A stretch of 63,874 nucleotides of DNA, filler included, from Octopus bimaculoides (Eukaryota), in the NCBI RefSeq assembly GCF_001194135.2. It is 5 parts of 5 records of this genome, joined end to end, with 100 filler letters (N's around TTAATTAATTAA, not from the genome) between each part and the next. Parts side by side here need not be neighbours in the genome. Positions count along the whole stretch, not along the records: positions 52,147 to 62,630 come from NC_068997.1; positions 62,731 to 63,874 come from NC_068983.1; 3 more parts are not named here. One strand, written 5' to 3'. Made by a program: the position numbers and the translations under genes. Below are positions 52,147 to 63,874 of the stretch, one piece after another. How positions within the stretch are numbered: position 1 is the first letter of the stretch; each line of letters begins with the position of its first letter. Below the pieces are notes generated by a model. It did not search any database, was not told the origin of the DNA, and saw nothing but the letters and a program-made list of their open reading frames with translations.

Positions 52147-52496
52147 CCCGTAATCTAGCGATTCGGCAAAAAGAGAACCGATAGAATAAGTACTAGGCTT
52201 ACAAAGAATAAGTCCTGGGGTCGATTTGCACGACTAAAGGCGGTGCTTCAGTCAAGTGACTGAAACAAGTAAAAGAGAGTAAAAGAGAGTAAAAAGAGAG
52301 AGTATATTGTATGTATGTATGTATGTATGTATGTATGTATGTATAATTCTTTCACTCTCCATCCACCAAATCCACTGACAAGTCTTTGGTCGCCTCGTGG
52401 TTGTAGTAGAAGACACTTGCTCAAAGCACCACGCTGTGAGACTGAATCACAAACCATGTAATTGTTAAGCAAACTTCTTACCACAGCCTGCGCCAC
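52147..52496. mobile_element. SINE family A 3' part (+, 52147-52285) and head (-, 52345-52496)
   Basis: Matches to the family A halves in opposite orientations around (TATG)n. Confidence 0.7.
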
Positions 52497-53399
52497 ATAA
52501 TAATCTTTGGAGCTGGCTGAGCATATACGCCCTTAACACACGCATATTCCTGTCGCATTCGTTCATCCTCCTGTCATCACTATTATTGTGTGCAACACCC
52601 TGACTCCGCACTGATCATAACACCGAAGCCCTTTTCCCCCAAAATGTGAGCCCTCTGGGGTTCCCCTCTCTTGTTCGTATCTTTCCCGTAGGTTAACTTA
52701 CAAAAGTTTAAAAGTAACTCTAAATAATATCAGTCTCACTGACCGAGAAGAGCCTGCAAAAGCCGTTGGTACTGCCCGTTCTTCCAGGCTAGCAAGTAAA
52801 AATAAACTGATAATTCTGCATTAAATAACAAGGAGATGTATAAACAAACTTTAAATTAATGTCAATAGGAAAACTTGGAGAGGACTACGTCGTAAAATAT
52901 GATGGTAACTTCAATTTAAATTAAACGAAATAGCCAATAATATTGAAAACTACAATTATACCATATATCATCAGATTAGCTCATAATGGATTCGTGACAA
53001 GTATTATTGTTCGTGTATTATTGTTCTAGTTCTTAGATCAATTTTGTAAAGAAAGAAACGTGGGCGTTCAAATTAACCACCATATATGGCTGGTTCTTAT
53101 TTGATTTATACGATCAAACGGTGGAGTATGTGGCAGGGTAATTTGTATTTTGAAAAACAGTAAAATATATATATTTATAAATCTGTAGATGACATTACAA
53201 GATTATATGCTCGAAGCTTATATTCGGGTATCAGATAAAGGTTGCAAATTCCTTCTTCTAAGTCATTATATATGTGATCTTTACACGTACTAGGTGTACA
53301 TGTGAATGTATATATGCATATGTGTGTATATTTTGCCATATTTGAATCTCATTTGTTCAATCGTGTGTGTGTGCATTTTCCTTTGAGTTCTATTCAAAT

Positions 53400-54930
53400 T
53401 CTTGAAAGGTTTTAACCGGTCGCCAACAAAGCAACAAGACTTTTAGAGTTAAGAGGGTTTCCGGCGTTTGTAAATATGTCGTTGAGCTGGTGTGTTGGTT
53501 GATCTGTCGACACACATACCCAAGTATGTGCATCTATTCACCAAAAGAACTTCAGATGGAAAATCTTTGGAATGTCTTACAAATTTTTATGGCGCCATTA
53601 ATAGATTGGATTTGGAGAATCCGTATCGATTTCTTTTACTCTTTCTTCGAAAAACCTAGTATTTGTAGGTTTTTGTGAAAATTTGTTGGTACATAGCTTA
53701 ATGCATCTATGCTGATAGGTACAAATGAGAATTTATTGGCAGGGTACAAGAGCTGTAAGTTCCGCATTAGCTCACCATAAATGTTCTTTTTTCCCTGGAT
53801 TTTTGCTTCTACTAATGTATGTGATATCTTCCACACTGGTATAGCAGAGCCAACATTTTCTATCATAATGTCGTATCTTTGTCCCTCTTGTTTATCACGT
53901 ATTTAGAAGTTATCAGTTTATCAGCTATTGCCTGCTCCCGAATAGCGAAGGCATAACCTGCCAATACTGTTATCTATTCTCTAGCTTACGAGATGTGTAC
54001 CTATGCATTGCTTTTTGCCGATATGATGCGGGTTTCTCCTCCAAGCTTCTGTTTAGTACCTTTCTAGTTTCGATGTCCAGGTTCCGGATCTCGACAAGTG
54101 CTCAGTTCAATTCTCCAAATGTTGGTACTAGCCCTTGCATTGCAAAAGCATTGTGAGATATGGTTCTGTTAAATGCGGACAGCTCTGAGTTCCATATTTT
54201 CCAGAGTCTACAGAAGTATTCTTTTATTATTCTGACTTAAGTCGCAGCACCAATGTATACAACATTTTCATTGATTCCGAGATATTTATTGTATTCAATG
54301 TTAGACATAGGGGAGATAGACAAGCCATTCATGTACATGTTCTCTGTCTGGTCATCAATATTTTTTTCCAGTTGACTATCATGTATGAACATTTATCTTG
54401 CTCAAACTCCATTCCTATGTCTCGTGAGAATGTTGTCGATCATGTTACCAGAATATAACTTTAGGTTATCGACAAAAGATGTGTGGGTGACATTAATTTT
54501 ATTCTTTTTTGCATATATCAGCATGTAGCCTTGACATTTTGTTAACAGGGCTGACAAGGGGTTCACTGACAATACAAATAGTATCACAGATAAACTATCA
54601 TTCTGGAATATGTCTGTTGGCAGCTTGTGTTTGTAAATAGTTGGTGTTGCTTTAGTACTTGTCAGTGATAACTGTGTGGACCATGTTGTGGTCAGTCTTT
54701 CAATGGCATTCACCATAGCAGCTGGTAGTTTTGCAAGGTGTAATGATTCTATCACTCTTCTTGAATCTAGCCATATTTTTAAGAGATTACGGCGATGTTG
54801 TTTCGCTTGTATGTATATCATTATTCAGTTTTATTCCAAGATTTCTTGCCAATAGCAAAAGAACCGGTTTTCGTCCTAAATCCAAGGCTCTTCATTAAAA
54901 TTTCAATGACATCAACAAGATACTTTTGTT
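53400..54930 (-). mobile_element. Decayed R4-like element, RT to RLE
   Basis: AKQHRRNL..IWLD, IFQNDSLSVILFVLSVNPLS, FVDNLKLY (RT motifs); C-terminal KKNIYGELMRNLQLLYP. Confidence 0.75.
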
Positions 54931-55074
54931 TGTATGTATGTATGTATGTATGTATGTATGTATGTATGTATGCATGTATGTATGTATATATGTATGTATG
55001 TATGTATGTATATGTGCAGATTTGCATGTTTTTTATGTCTGTCTTCTCATGCATATACTTGCATATCTAGAGAT

Positions 55075-56070
55075 GCTCGTAAATATTTAAATGATAAACT
55101 TCTGGAAAGTTTTACAGATTTTACAGTTCCAGTAATGGCTTGGATCTGTGGTCTTCTAATCAGTTTTCTCCTTTCTGGTTTTGATAAGCCTCATTTCCCA
55201 AGATTGGTATTTAGGCAGTGTGTTAATATACCAGTGCCCCGATAATTACAGGTATAAAACCCAAACTTGTAACCTGGATAGAGTAGCTGTAGATTCCTCA
55301 TTAGTGCAGTGTATTTTTCTTTTCGCTGGCTCTTTAGCTTTAGGTACACAGTTTCTCTTCTTTGTCCCAAATCACTGTCAGGTCTGTTATACATTATTTA
55401 CATTATTTACATTTGACGGATATTTGTCCTCATGTGTTATGTTTACATTTTATTGAGGTTTTCACTGTGACATTCCACTAGTACTCCTTTTATTATGAGT
55501 GGCTCTGACTTCCACCATACTGTGGATTCTTATTTCTTTGGCCTCTGGCCTCAGGGTTATCCAGCCACAAAGCATCACTATTACACTCCATCTCCTCGCT
55601 CAAAATTTTCCTCCAAAAGCAGTCTACGTCTTCTCGTGAAGGAGCTTCTGTGATATTCACTTTTTCTCTCATGTTTCTGTAGACTGTTGCCTGGTTCCGG
55701 TTAAATTTTTTTGTCTATTGATTTTCTCCCGGTTACTTTCTTCTGATGTCGAAGTTTCTTACTGACAGCTTTTAGCCCCTGCTTGAGGATGATCAGTTTG
55801 CAAGTGAGTGTCCTCATTTCGCTATCTCCAAATATCACTTCTATCTCCTTCACGTTTTGTTGGTGAGACGTATAATCATTTTCTTGTCTGCAAGCAATAA
55901 GCATCATCATATAGCTGATGGTCTTCCGTAAATCAGCTAGATTTTTCCATGTCTTCAAAACCCATGATGGCACTTTCTTCGTTGTTTCGCTTTTGTTTAT
56001 TTTTGAATGTCGTTTATGTATCGCTTGATAATAGAGTTCAAGGCATATTAGACAGGCGTTAATTTGCCAG
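55075..56070 (-). mobile_element. Internally deleted R4-like element (N-terminal region joined to RLE fragment)
   Basis: PSWVLK...LRKTIS, LKQGLKAVSKKLR, APSREDVDCFWRKI, then NRPD...KEKYTALMRNLQLLYP with no RT between. Confidence 0.6.
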
Positions 56071-58149
56071 AATGAAAGTCCATTACATTGTTTTAGATAT
56101 TCCTCTCCAATTTCATGCTGTCTGGTGGTCTTTTGCTTACTTTGGTAGAGAATACTCTCTCTTCGAGAGAATGCTTCAAAGCCAAAGTTGTATGTATGTA
56201 TGTAGTCCGTGCATATGCTCTAAATGCATCGAGGAGAGACTGTTTGGAAATGTTTATCATGAGAATTTGTGATGTTCATGCTTTTCTCATTAGAGAAATA
56301 TGTGAGAGAAATTACTACAATCAAAATGGAAACTCAATTGTTGACTTCACTCACTAGAAATTTATTTCTACCTGACATCATTTACTTCCACATTTATGTG
56401 TATAGTTTTCTTAAGCAAAATGTCTTTTAATGAGGGAAGAAAATAGGTTAGACGTCCATGTCTTTCTCAAGAGAATTAGCATTATATTTTAATCACGTCG
56501 ACTCTAGGCTCGAAGAGAAACTGATTAAAGACTCGGCTCACCAGGACACTTCCATCTTGTAGAATAGCACGCGCCACAGTTAGCTTCAATAAATTAAACC
56601 ATTTAGGTGGAAACCATTTCTTTCTCCTCGTTATTAATTTATAGTTATTGGTCCTGAAACTATAATTGATACATTAACAACATGTCAGTTATCAGCTTGG
56701 AGTTATGTATCACATAATGGATGAATAATTTTGAGAATATCATAAATCAAAAACAACTTTATTGATGTATTTAAATATCCAATATTCGAGGAGAATTTAG
56801 AATCACCAAAAATTCGAAAATTTGAAACAGAAATAGAATCGTATATGAGAGAACTAAAATAGAAAACATTGATTGTGATAAATATGTAATGTAAGCGTGT
56901 GATATTTAACAACTGCAAATAGAAGAGATGAAAAGATGGAAAAGTAGAAATAAAACACACGTCCCTCTTCATACTAGTGAAATAAAATTTGACAGCAGAT
57001 GATTCGATAAAAATTATTTTCGGCTCATTATGCTATGTTATCCCGTACTTCACTGTGTTTTTCATACAGAAGGCATCCGTAGAAAATATTTCGATGTCAT
57101 TATATTAAGTATATATATATATATAGTATTATATCAGTTAATACTGTTCACAAAAATACACCCTGTTAATTGTTATTTGAGTAAATCCACAAAGACTGAA
57201 ACATGTCCAGGATGGTCACTGTACATACCAAATATCACCCAACTTAAATTTCAGAATTTCTCCTCTATCTTCTTTGATAATCACTGACAGCGCTAATGAC
57301 TGCTTCTCATTGGAGGTTTGATTTCAATTAGTCAAAAATTATGCTTAGCTTGGTTCGCTAACCACGTTAACCTACACTTAACAGAATGTATAGTTGATAG
57401 TTCTAGTTTGGAAATTTTGTCAATAATTGCCTGAAAGCAAAATCATCACTTCTCGTAAGACTATTCTGAGAGGATGGTCTCATTTCAGATTAGATTACGC
57501 CTCTTAATATGTAGTTTTCTCCCTTCCCAATATCATCTTAACAAAACTTAATACATGCTCTCAAATTATCGGCTGAAGCTAGAGAACAAGCATTACAATC
57601 TTAAGAATATTTTCTTCTCACTTCTTTATAAAATGGTGTAAATTCTATTTATTATTCCTAAAAGTCACTGTGTTTTATATTTAATGCTATTCTAAGTAAT
57701 GCAAACATACCTTACCTAATAAGCAACATCGTGAAAATACCGGAGGAAAACATATATCAGTAACATAATCAAAAGTGTCTGCGGAATGTAATTAATAAAT
57801 ATCTCATTTATATAAAAGTGGCAACTCTATGTCGAAGATTTTGTCAAAAAAAAAATTGGAATTCACCTGCTTAAAAAATATAAGACGATCATTATATTGG
57901 TATGCAAAATGCACTGGAATAGGCGTCAAAATAATGACAGAAAAAAATAACCAAGAGACAGTATCCGCATGAAAATAACCGCGGAGGAGGATTGATAAGA
58001 CCAAAATATGTCTGGAATTATCACCCACACTTGCTAATTTCAGATGAAAATATTAATTATTGAGCTAATTTTTTCTTCTCATTGCATTAATGAATTGATT
58101 AAATTTTTCCTTCACTACATTAAGTATGACTTCAATATCTTGATCGCTA

Positions 58150-58860
58150 TTTTTCAGGATGCAGATGGTGCCTCATGCGTAGAAGCCACCGTGCAGAGGG
58201 TGCTGGTAGCAGACTGACCACCTGTTCATTGAAACGCGTCCCTTCCACAAGAAAATAAGAGACTCTCCAACCTGAACAAGCAGGAACGGAGCATGGCTCG
58301 ACAGTCAGATGATAAATGATGACCGAGGTAGTGTAGGAATTCGTCACCTCACCCAGTTCTTATTCACGTAGAGGTCGGGTCTGAAACAGAGCCCGAGCTG
58401 CTTAACTAGTCTGTCAGTCCAACGTCCAGCGACGTCAACTGACGGCATCAACCTATCTCACCAGGTGTCCAACAGCAAGCCCAACGTTGATTTTGGCCCG
58501 GCATCTAACTCATATTCCTTTAAAATGGTGCCGACTGTCACCACTTCGGAAGCGTCCGACACCATGACGGTGACGTCGTCCGAGTACGCCGATACCGTCC
58601 TTCTGTGTCCCAGTTCCAACTTGCGCATCTGTGACTCGAAGGCCAGTACGTTCAGAAAAGGTAACAGCGGACAGCCCTGACGGACCAAGCGTGTGATGCG
58701 AAACGAATCCGATAAAGTAGTTTCAATACAGTGAAAATAACGCCAAAAACAAACCACAGCACGTACCTAAGGCACACAGAACTGCGCTCGGTAGTGCAGT
58801 GAAAGCACGTTACAGAAATAAAACTACGGAGCAACAACAAATGTTACCCTCCACCCTAAG
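58150..58860 (-). mobile_element. Tx1/L1-like reverse transcriptase fragment
   Basis: RLVRQGCPLLPFLNVLAFES...AYSDDVTVMVS...LKEYE...LGLLLDTW. Confidence 0.75.
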
Positions 58861-58861
58861 G

Positions 58862-59946
58862 TGAACGTACTAAAGCTGTACATGAAGAGGTGTAAAGGTG
58901 GACGTGGCCTGATCAGCGTACGGGAGTGCATCGACCGTTAAAGAATAAACAGAAGAGTATTTAGTAAACAGCGAACAAGACCTGCTCAAGTATGCTGCTA
59001 ATGCAGAAGAATTTACTAACAATGGACTTGAGGGTGCTAATGAATTCCGATCATGAATAGCCAACGAGAGAGAAGAAACTCTACTCCGCATGGAATTATA
59101 TGGTTAGTTCCCCTGAGAAACTAACGACTTAAAAGCCTAGGAAGCATCATGGAGGTGGCTAAGCAAAGATGACCTTAAAAAGAAGTCTGAAAGCCTAATC
59201 ATCGTTGCCCAGGACCAGTATTGAATACTATCTAAAGGAAAAGGGATATATACCACACAAACGCAAAGGACCTTTGCAGAATGTGTAGAAAGAAGGTTGA
59301 GAGTGTGACACACAATGTTAGTGCTTGCGAATGTCTTACTCAGAAAGACTACAAGTGCAGGCACGACAAGGTAGCCCTAAACCTTCACTGGCTACTGTGC
59401 TAGAAGTATGGATACGAGGTAACAGATGCTTGGTACCAACATACACTGTAAAAGGTAATGGATGTAAATGGGAATGCAAAGATCCTCTGGGACTTTGACT
59501 TCAAGACCGACTAGGTGTTAGTGCACCGAAGGTCGGATGTAGTAACCCTTAGAAGGGACAAACAAGTGTGTCTAATAATCCGACGTGGCATTGTCAGGAG
59601 ATCAACATATTATCATGAAAGAAAAAGAAAAGGTTGATAAATTTGGAGGCTTGAGAATTCAGATCGCATGATGTAGCAGCTACATGAATCAAACATAAAG
59701 GTTGTCCCTGTTGTCATCGGAGCATTGGGTTCAATACCACCCAACATGAAGAAACATCTGGACACATTAGAAATACCCTACAATCTTCAGTTCTTGAAAA
59801 CATCGGCTTTACTTGAAACGACATGCATACTGCGTAAAGTACTGTCTGTCTGAGGTCCTTGTTATGACTTAACAGATAGTACAAATCCCCGGTACACATA
59901 ATATCTTCAATTTACATCACAGTATTGAATACTGTACAATGTCTTC

Positions 59947-59947
<1 letters not shown>
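58862..59947 (+). mobile_element. 5'-truncated R4/Dong-like non-LTR retrotransposon (RLE type), decayed
   Basis: GGRGLISV, SESLIIVAQDQ, CCHC knuckle CRMCRKKVESVTHNVSAC, RHDKV, KILWDFDFKTD, VVPVVIGALG; followed by (TAA)n at 59948-59980. Confidence 0.85.
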
Positions 59948-59981
<34 letters not shown>

Positions 59982-59982
<1 letters not shown>

Positions 59983-61327
59983 GGGTTTTATAAGTATCTT
60001 GGGGTACACGAAGGGTAAAGCATTCAATACGGATTAATGAAAGAGAAGATCAGGAAAGAGTATTATAGACGTTTCAGAATGGTCCTGAATACTGAGCTGA
60101 ACCTTCCAGTATAGAATTGCCACTATAAACTCCCTGGTGGTACCAGTTGTCTAGTATAGCCTTAATGTCATCAATTTGAATCTGAGTGAACTCCAGTGTA
60201 TGGACATAAAGACCAGGAAACCGCTGACAATAAACAGGATGCACTATCCAAAATCAGACATCCACAGGTTCTGTCTCGCACGAAAGGAAGGCGGTGGAGG
60301 CCTAATCCAACTTGAAACGTCTCATAAAACGACCACGATAGGACTTCAAGTGTACATCCAAAGTAACACCGACTGGATGATACCGTTGGTAAGGAAACAT
60401 GAACAGAGTAAGAAACTCAATCCCAAAGGAGACATATAAGTACAGACGAGAGCTTAACCTCCCTAATTATGATGGTGATAAGGAGGACACATCACACACA
60501 AAGGCAGCACGAGCGTATAAAACATAAGCCAAGCAGGCAAGCTTGCAGGTAATAATCAAGATTGTGGAAATAAAAACCATTACATGGGCAATACTCTAGC
60601 TGATGTATATATGAGAATTTATCAGTGGCTGCTGAATGTTGGTTTGAAAGCCGAAACAGAAAGATTTATCCTAGTGGTACAAGATCAGAGTCTCCTCACT
60701 CGGAACTATCACGCTTATGTCATTCATAATGAGGTAGACACAAAGTGTAGACTCTGCAATAACAAACTTGAGAGTATAGACCACATTGTTTCCGGTTGCT
60801 CAGTCTTTGTCCCTGCATAATGTAAAACTAGGTATGATCGAGTTGGTCAATATTTGCACCGGAGTGTATGCCGTCACTATGATATCCTACACCTTAAGAA
60901 TTGGTATGAACGCCATCCGGAGCCAGTCACTGAATGCGAGAATGTTACCATACTATGGGATTATGTGATACATACAGACGTCGTCATCTAAGACCTAAGA
61001 CAAAAAACATGTCTTTTATTGATATGACAGTGCCTATTGATAGAAACATCTCAGCAAAAGAATTTGAAAAACTGCCGAAATATAAGGACCTTGAAACTGA
61101 AATATCTAGGATATGGCAATTAAAAACCAAAACCATCCCTGTTGTTGTAAGTGCCCTGGGAATGATCAAGAAAGGTAGTGACAATTTTTTTATGAAACTC
61201 AAAACATTGTGTTGACAGCAACCGCCCACATTCTCAGGAGGTTTCTCTCCATCAGCTGTATACGTGCCTTAGGTCTCTGGTTGAGACCCTGTCAGAAGCT
61301 GAAATAAAATGCAAATCAATCGGAAAA
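59982..61327 (+). mobile_element. 5'-truncated R4/Dong-like non-LTR retrotransposon, decayed
   Basis: YKYLGV, RKEGGGGLIQLE, GLKAETERFILVVQDQSL, CRLCNNKLESIDHIVSGC, FIDMTVPIDRNISAKEFEKLPKYKDL; starts right after (TAA)n and ends in (TAC)n/(TAA)n at 61328-61395. Confidence 0.88.
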
Positions 61328-61395
<68 letters not shown>

Positions 61396-61417
61396 TGCCA
61401 AATTTGAACACCATTAA

Positions 61418-61645
61418 GGCGGCGAACTGGTAGAATCGTTCAGGCGGTGAGCTGGCAGAAACGTTAGCACGTCGGGCGAAATGCTAAGCGGTATTTCGTC
61501 TGTCTTTACGTTCTGAGTTCAAATTCCACCGAGATCAACATTGCTTTCCATCCTTTCGGGGTCGATAAATTAAGTACCAGTTGAATAGTGAAGTCGATAT
61601 AATCGACTATACTCCTCCCCCAAATTCTAGGCCTTGTACCTATAA
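61418..61645 (+). mobile_element. SINE family B with a duplicated 5' head
   Basis: ggcggcgaactggtagaatcgtt followed by ggcggtgagctggcagaaacgttagcac. Confidence 0.85.
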
Positions 61646-61740
61646 TAGAACAGTTTTTTTTTATCATCATCATCATCATTATTATCATTATTATTATTAT
61701 TATCATTATTATTATCCCTTCGTAATACAGTATAGGTAAA

Positions 61741-62630
61741 AATACACCGGAATCTTTAGTCATCTGTCAATCACAACAAGGACCTCAGACAGATAATGAT
61801 TTCTTTAAAGGCTGCTTTTTGCAAGACATCAATCTTCCATGGAATTTCCAGTTGCCTAAAGAAGTTTTGAAGTTTCAATGGGATTGAGCCAAACGCTCCG
61901 ATCACCACTGGTATCCCTTTTATATTACCCTCTCGCATTCCATACAGTCTTGCCATTTCCACTTTCAATTCGGAGTACTTGGTGATTTTTTTCAACCTCT
62001 TTACTCACAACATTCATGTCATTTGGTATGGCTGCATCAATGATCTGACAGTATTTCTCTCTCTTATTCAATAGGACAATATCCGGCCGACGATGTTTGA
62101 TTACACGATCCGTCTGAAAATCATGGTCCCAGAGTATCGTTACTTTTCCATCCTCCTGCATAACTTTACTTGGTACGTGCTCCTACCAATACTCTGTTAC
62201 TTCATATTGGTATTTACGGCATAAGAGCGCTTGTATTCTTTTTGTGCAAGACTCTCACACGAACTTACAAAGTGGGTCACATTTTCCACACTCTTTCCAG
62301 AGTCTACATTTCTGGCTGCCAGAAGTTTTATAGGTGTTATACTTCACTGAGTTTGTAGCGAGAGCCTGGTCTTTTGCAGCAATGATCAGGCTTTCGGAGG
62401 AACGCTTCAAATCACCTCACTCAAGCCATGCCCACGATGCTGTATTATCCTTAACGTCCTGTGTATTCCTTTCAAACTGTCCATGCATAATCATTTCAAG
62501 GTCTTCTTTTCTCTTCTCAGGTTTTTGGTTAAACTCTTCCTTACCCATCATTTCATCTGCAATTACACCCATATCTTTCGAGGCACATTGCAGCAGGTCT
62601 TCCTCACTATTTATCAAATACTCGGCTACT
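61741..62630 (-). mobile_element. R4/Dong-like element 3' part (RLE domain), cut by linker
   Basis: VTILWDHDFQTDRVIKHRRPDIVLL...IIDAAIPND...KY (PD-D/ExK endonuclease), IPVVIGAFG; 3' flank is (TAA/TGA)n at about 61663-61716. Confidence 0.88.
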
Positions 62631-62730
62631 NNNNNNNNNNNNNNNNNNNNNNNNNNNNNNNNNNNNNNNNNNNNTTAATTAATTAANNNNNNNNNNNNNN
62701 NNNNNNNNNNNNNNNNNNNNNNNNNNNNNN
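62631..62730. other. Artificial scaffold linker
   Basis: 44N + TTAATTAATTAA + 44N. Confidence 0.95.
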
Positions 62731-62995
62731 GTTTACATATAATGAAATGAGATAATAATAATAATAAAAATAATAATAAATAATAACGATGATGTTGCTG
62801 AGGATTTCATTTATTTGCCACCAGGGCGAAGAATGAAGGGAACAATACAAAGACAGACATATAGCGTGGGGGGTTTACATATAATGAAATGAGATAATAA
62901 TAATAATAATTTCTGTTTTTATATATACCAGGGCGAAGGAGACAATGCAAAGACAAACATCAAATGTGGGAGTTTACATATAATGACATGTATTA
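62731..62995. repeat. Three tandem copies of a 100-140-bp unit containing gtttacatataatga, interleaved with (TAA)n
   Basis: Units at 62731, about 62872 and about 62972; ccagggcgaag...acaaagaca recurs. Confidence 0.7.
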
Positions 62996-63024
62996 AAAAA
63001 AAAAAAAAAGAAACTTTGTAGTGT

Positions 63025-63232
63025 AAGCACAAGGCCTGAAATTCCGGAGGAGTGGGGGGGGGTCAATCGATTACATCGACTACAGTACATGTCTGGTACT
63101 TTGTTTATCGACCTCCGAAAGGATGAAAGGCAAAGTGGACTTCGGTGGAATTTGAAATCAGAACGTGAAGATGGACGAAATACCGCTAAGCATTTTGTCC
63201 AGTGTGTTAACTGTTCTGCCAGCTCACAGCTC
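63025..63232 (-). mobile_element. SINE family B
   Basis: Reverse complement of the full family B sequence. Confidence 0.8.
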
Positions 63233-63259
63233 TACAACTACTACTACTACTACTACTAC

Positions 63260-63306
<47 letters not shown>

Positions 63307-63874
63307 GAATTGATAATAATTTCCTTAATCTTGGACACTACAACGACGAGATACAAAGAAGCAGGGTAGGATTTATTTGAATAAAACGAAAAGAGTAGAA
63401 AATGAATAACAGATAGTATATATCAACAGATGTACCCCAGGTTAACCATCCCAACTGGGGTAAAAGTGGACAGCCACTAGAAGGTCAAGCAAGTGACTCT
63501 CCACAGATCCAGGATTTTTCTGGAGTTATAATAATAGTTATAACTGAGGTAATTATTATAAACAAGCTATTTGGGATACACGGCAGTGTAAGTCTTCGAC
63601 GCCAAATGTGAGAATCACAAAGCGAATTGATTCAAGGTGAAGCGGGGAAATCAGTAGAGAATAGAGAATGTGAGGAAGTTCGGAGTAATCTAAGGACATT
63701 TGATTTTAAGGTGATTTCTAACATGCCTGTTGTTCATTTCTTTCTTTCATTCCTTCTTTCTTTATATGTCTTGTTTGTCCAATGTACTTTCATGTAGGTG
63801 TTTCCTATTATAGTTTTTCTTTATGTAAATACACGACAGGCACACACACACATCTACACACACACACTCACACA

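Overview
Eukaryotic, AT-rich, microsatellite-saturated genomic DNA from a gappy assembly. It is most likely an octopus (coleoid cephalopod), inferred from the protocadherin type and the SINE/LINE content. Four 100-nt artificial linkers (44N-TTAATTAATTAA-44N) cut the window into five blocks whose adjacency is not guaranteed. The only host coding sequence I can support is in the block 38861-52046. It holds two paralogous protocadherin ectodomain exons pointing away from each other (minus 40274->38861, EC1-EC5 start; plus 51823->52046, EC1 start), both truncated at the block ends. Between them lie previously unannotated small exons: a spliced pair on the minus strand (45081-44928, 44841-44726) and a paralogous terminal exon on the plus strand (45786-45904). 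These encode a cytoplasmic-tail-like peptide with a Src-type SH2 ligand (QYEEIP) and a class I SH3 ligand (RQLPxTP). The block is a mirror image around a 100-N gap at 45549-45648, so neither tail can be spliced in cis to either ectodomain exon seen here. The minus tail's putative 3' UTR contains a 233-bp palindrome. The rest is decayed transposons (R4/Dong-like RLE LINEs next to (TAA)n, RTE, Tx1/L1-like, Penelope-like, mariner), many tRNA-derived SINEs, micro/minisatellites (including a 23-bp repeat carrying four perfect CRE sites) and a hairpin-rich element. No rRNA, bona fide tRNA or CRISPR array is seen. TE boundaries are approximate and were read by eye; no database search was run.
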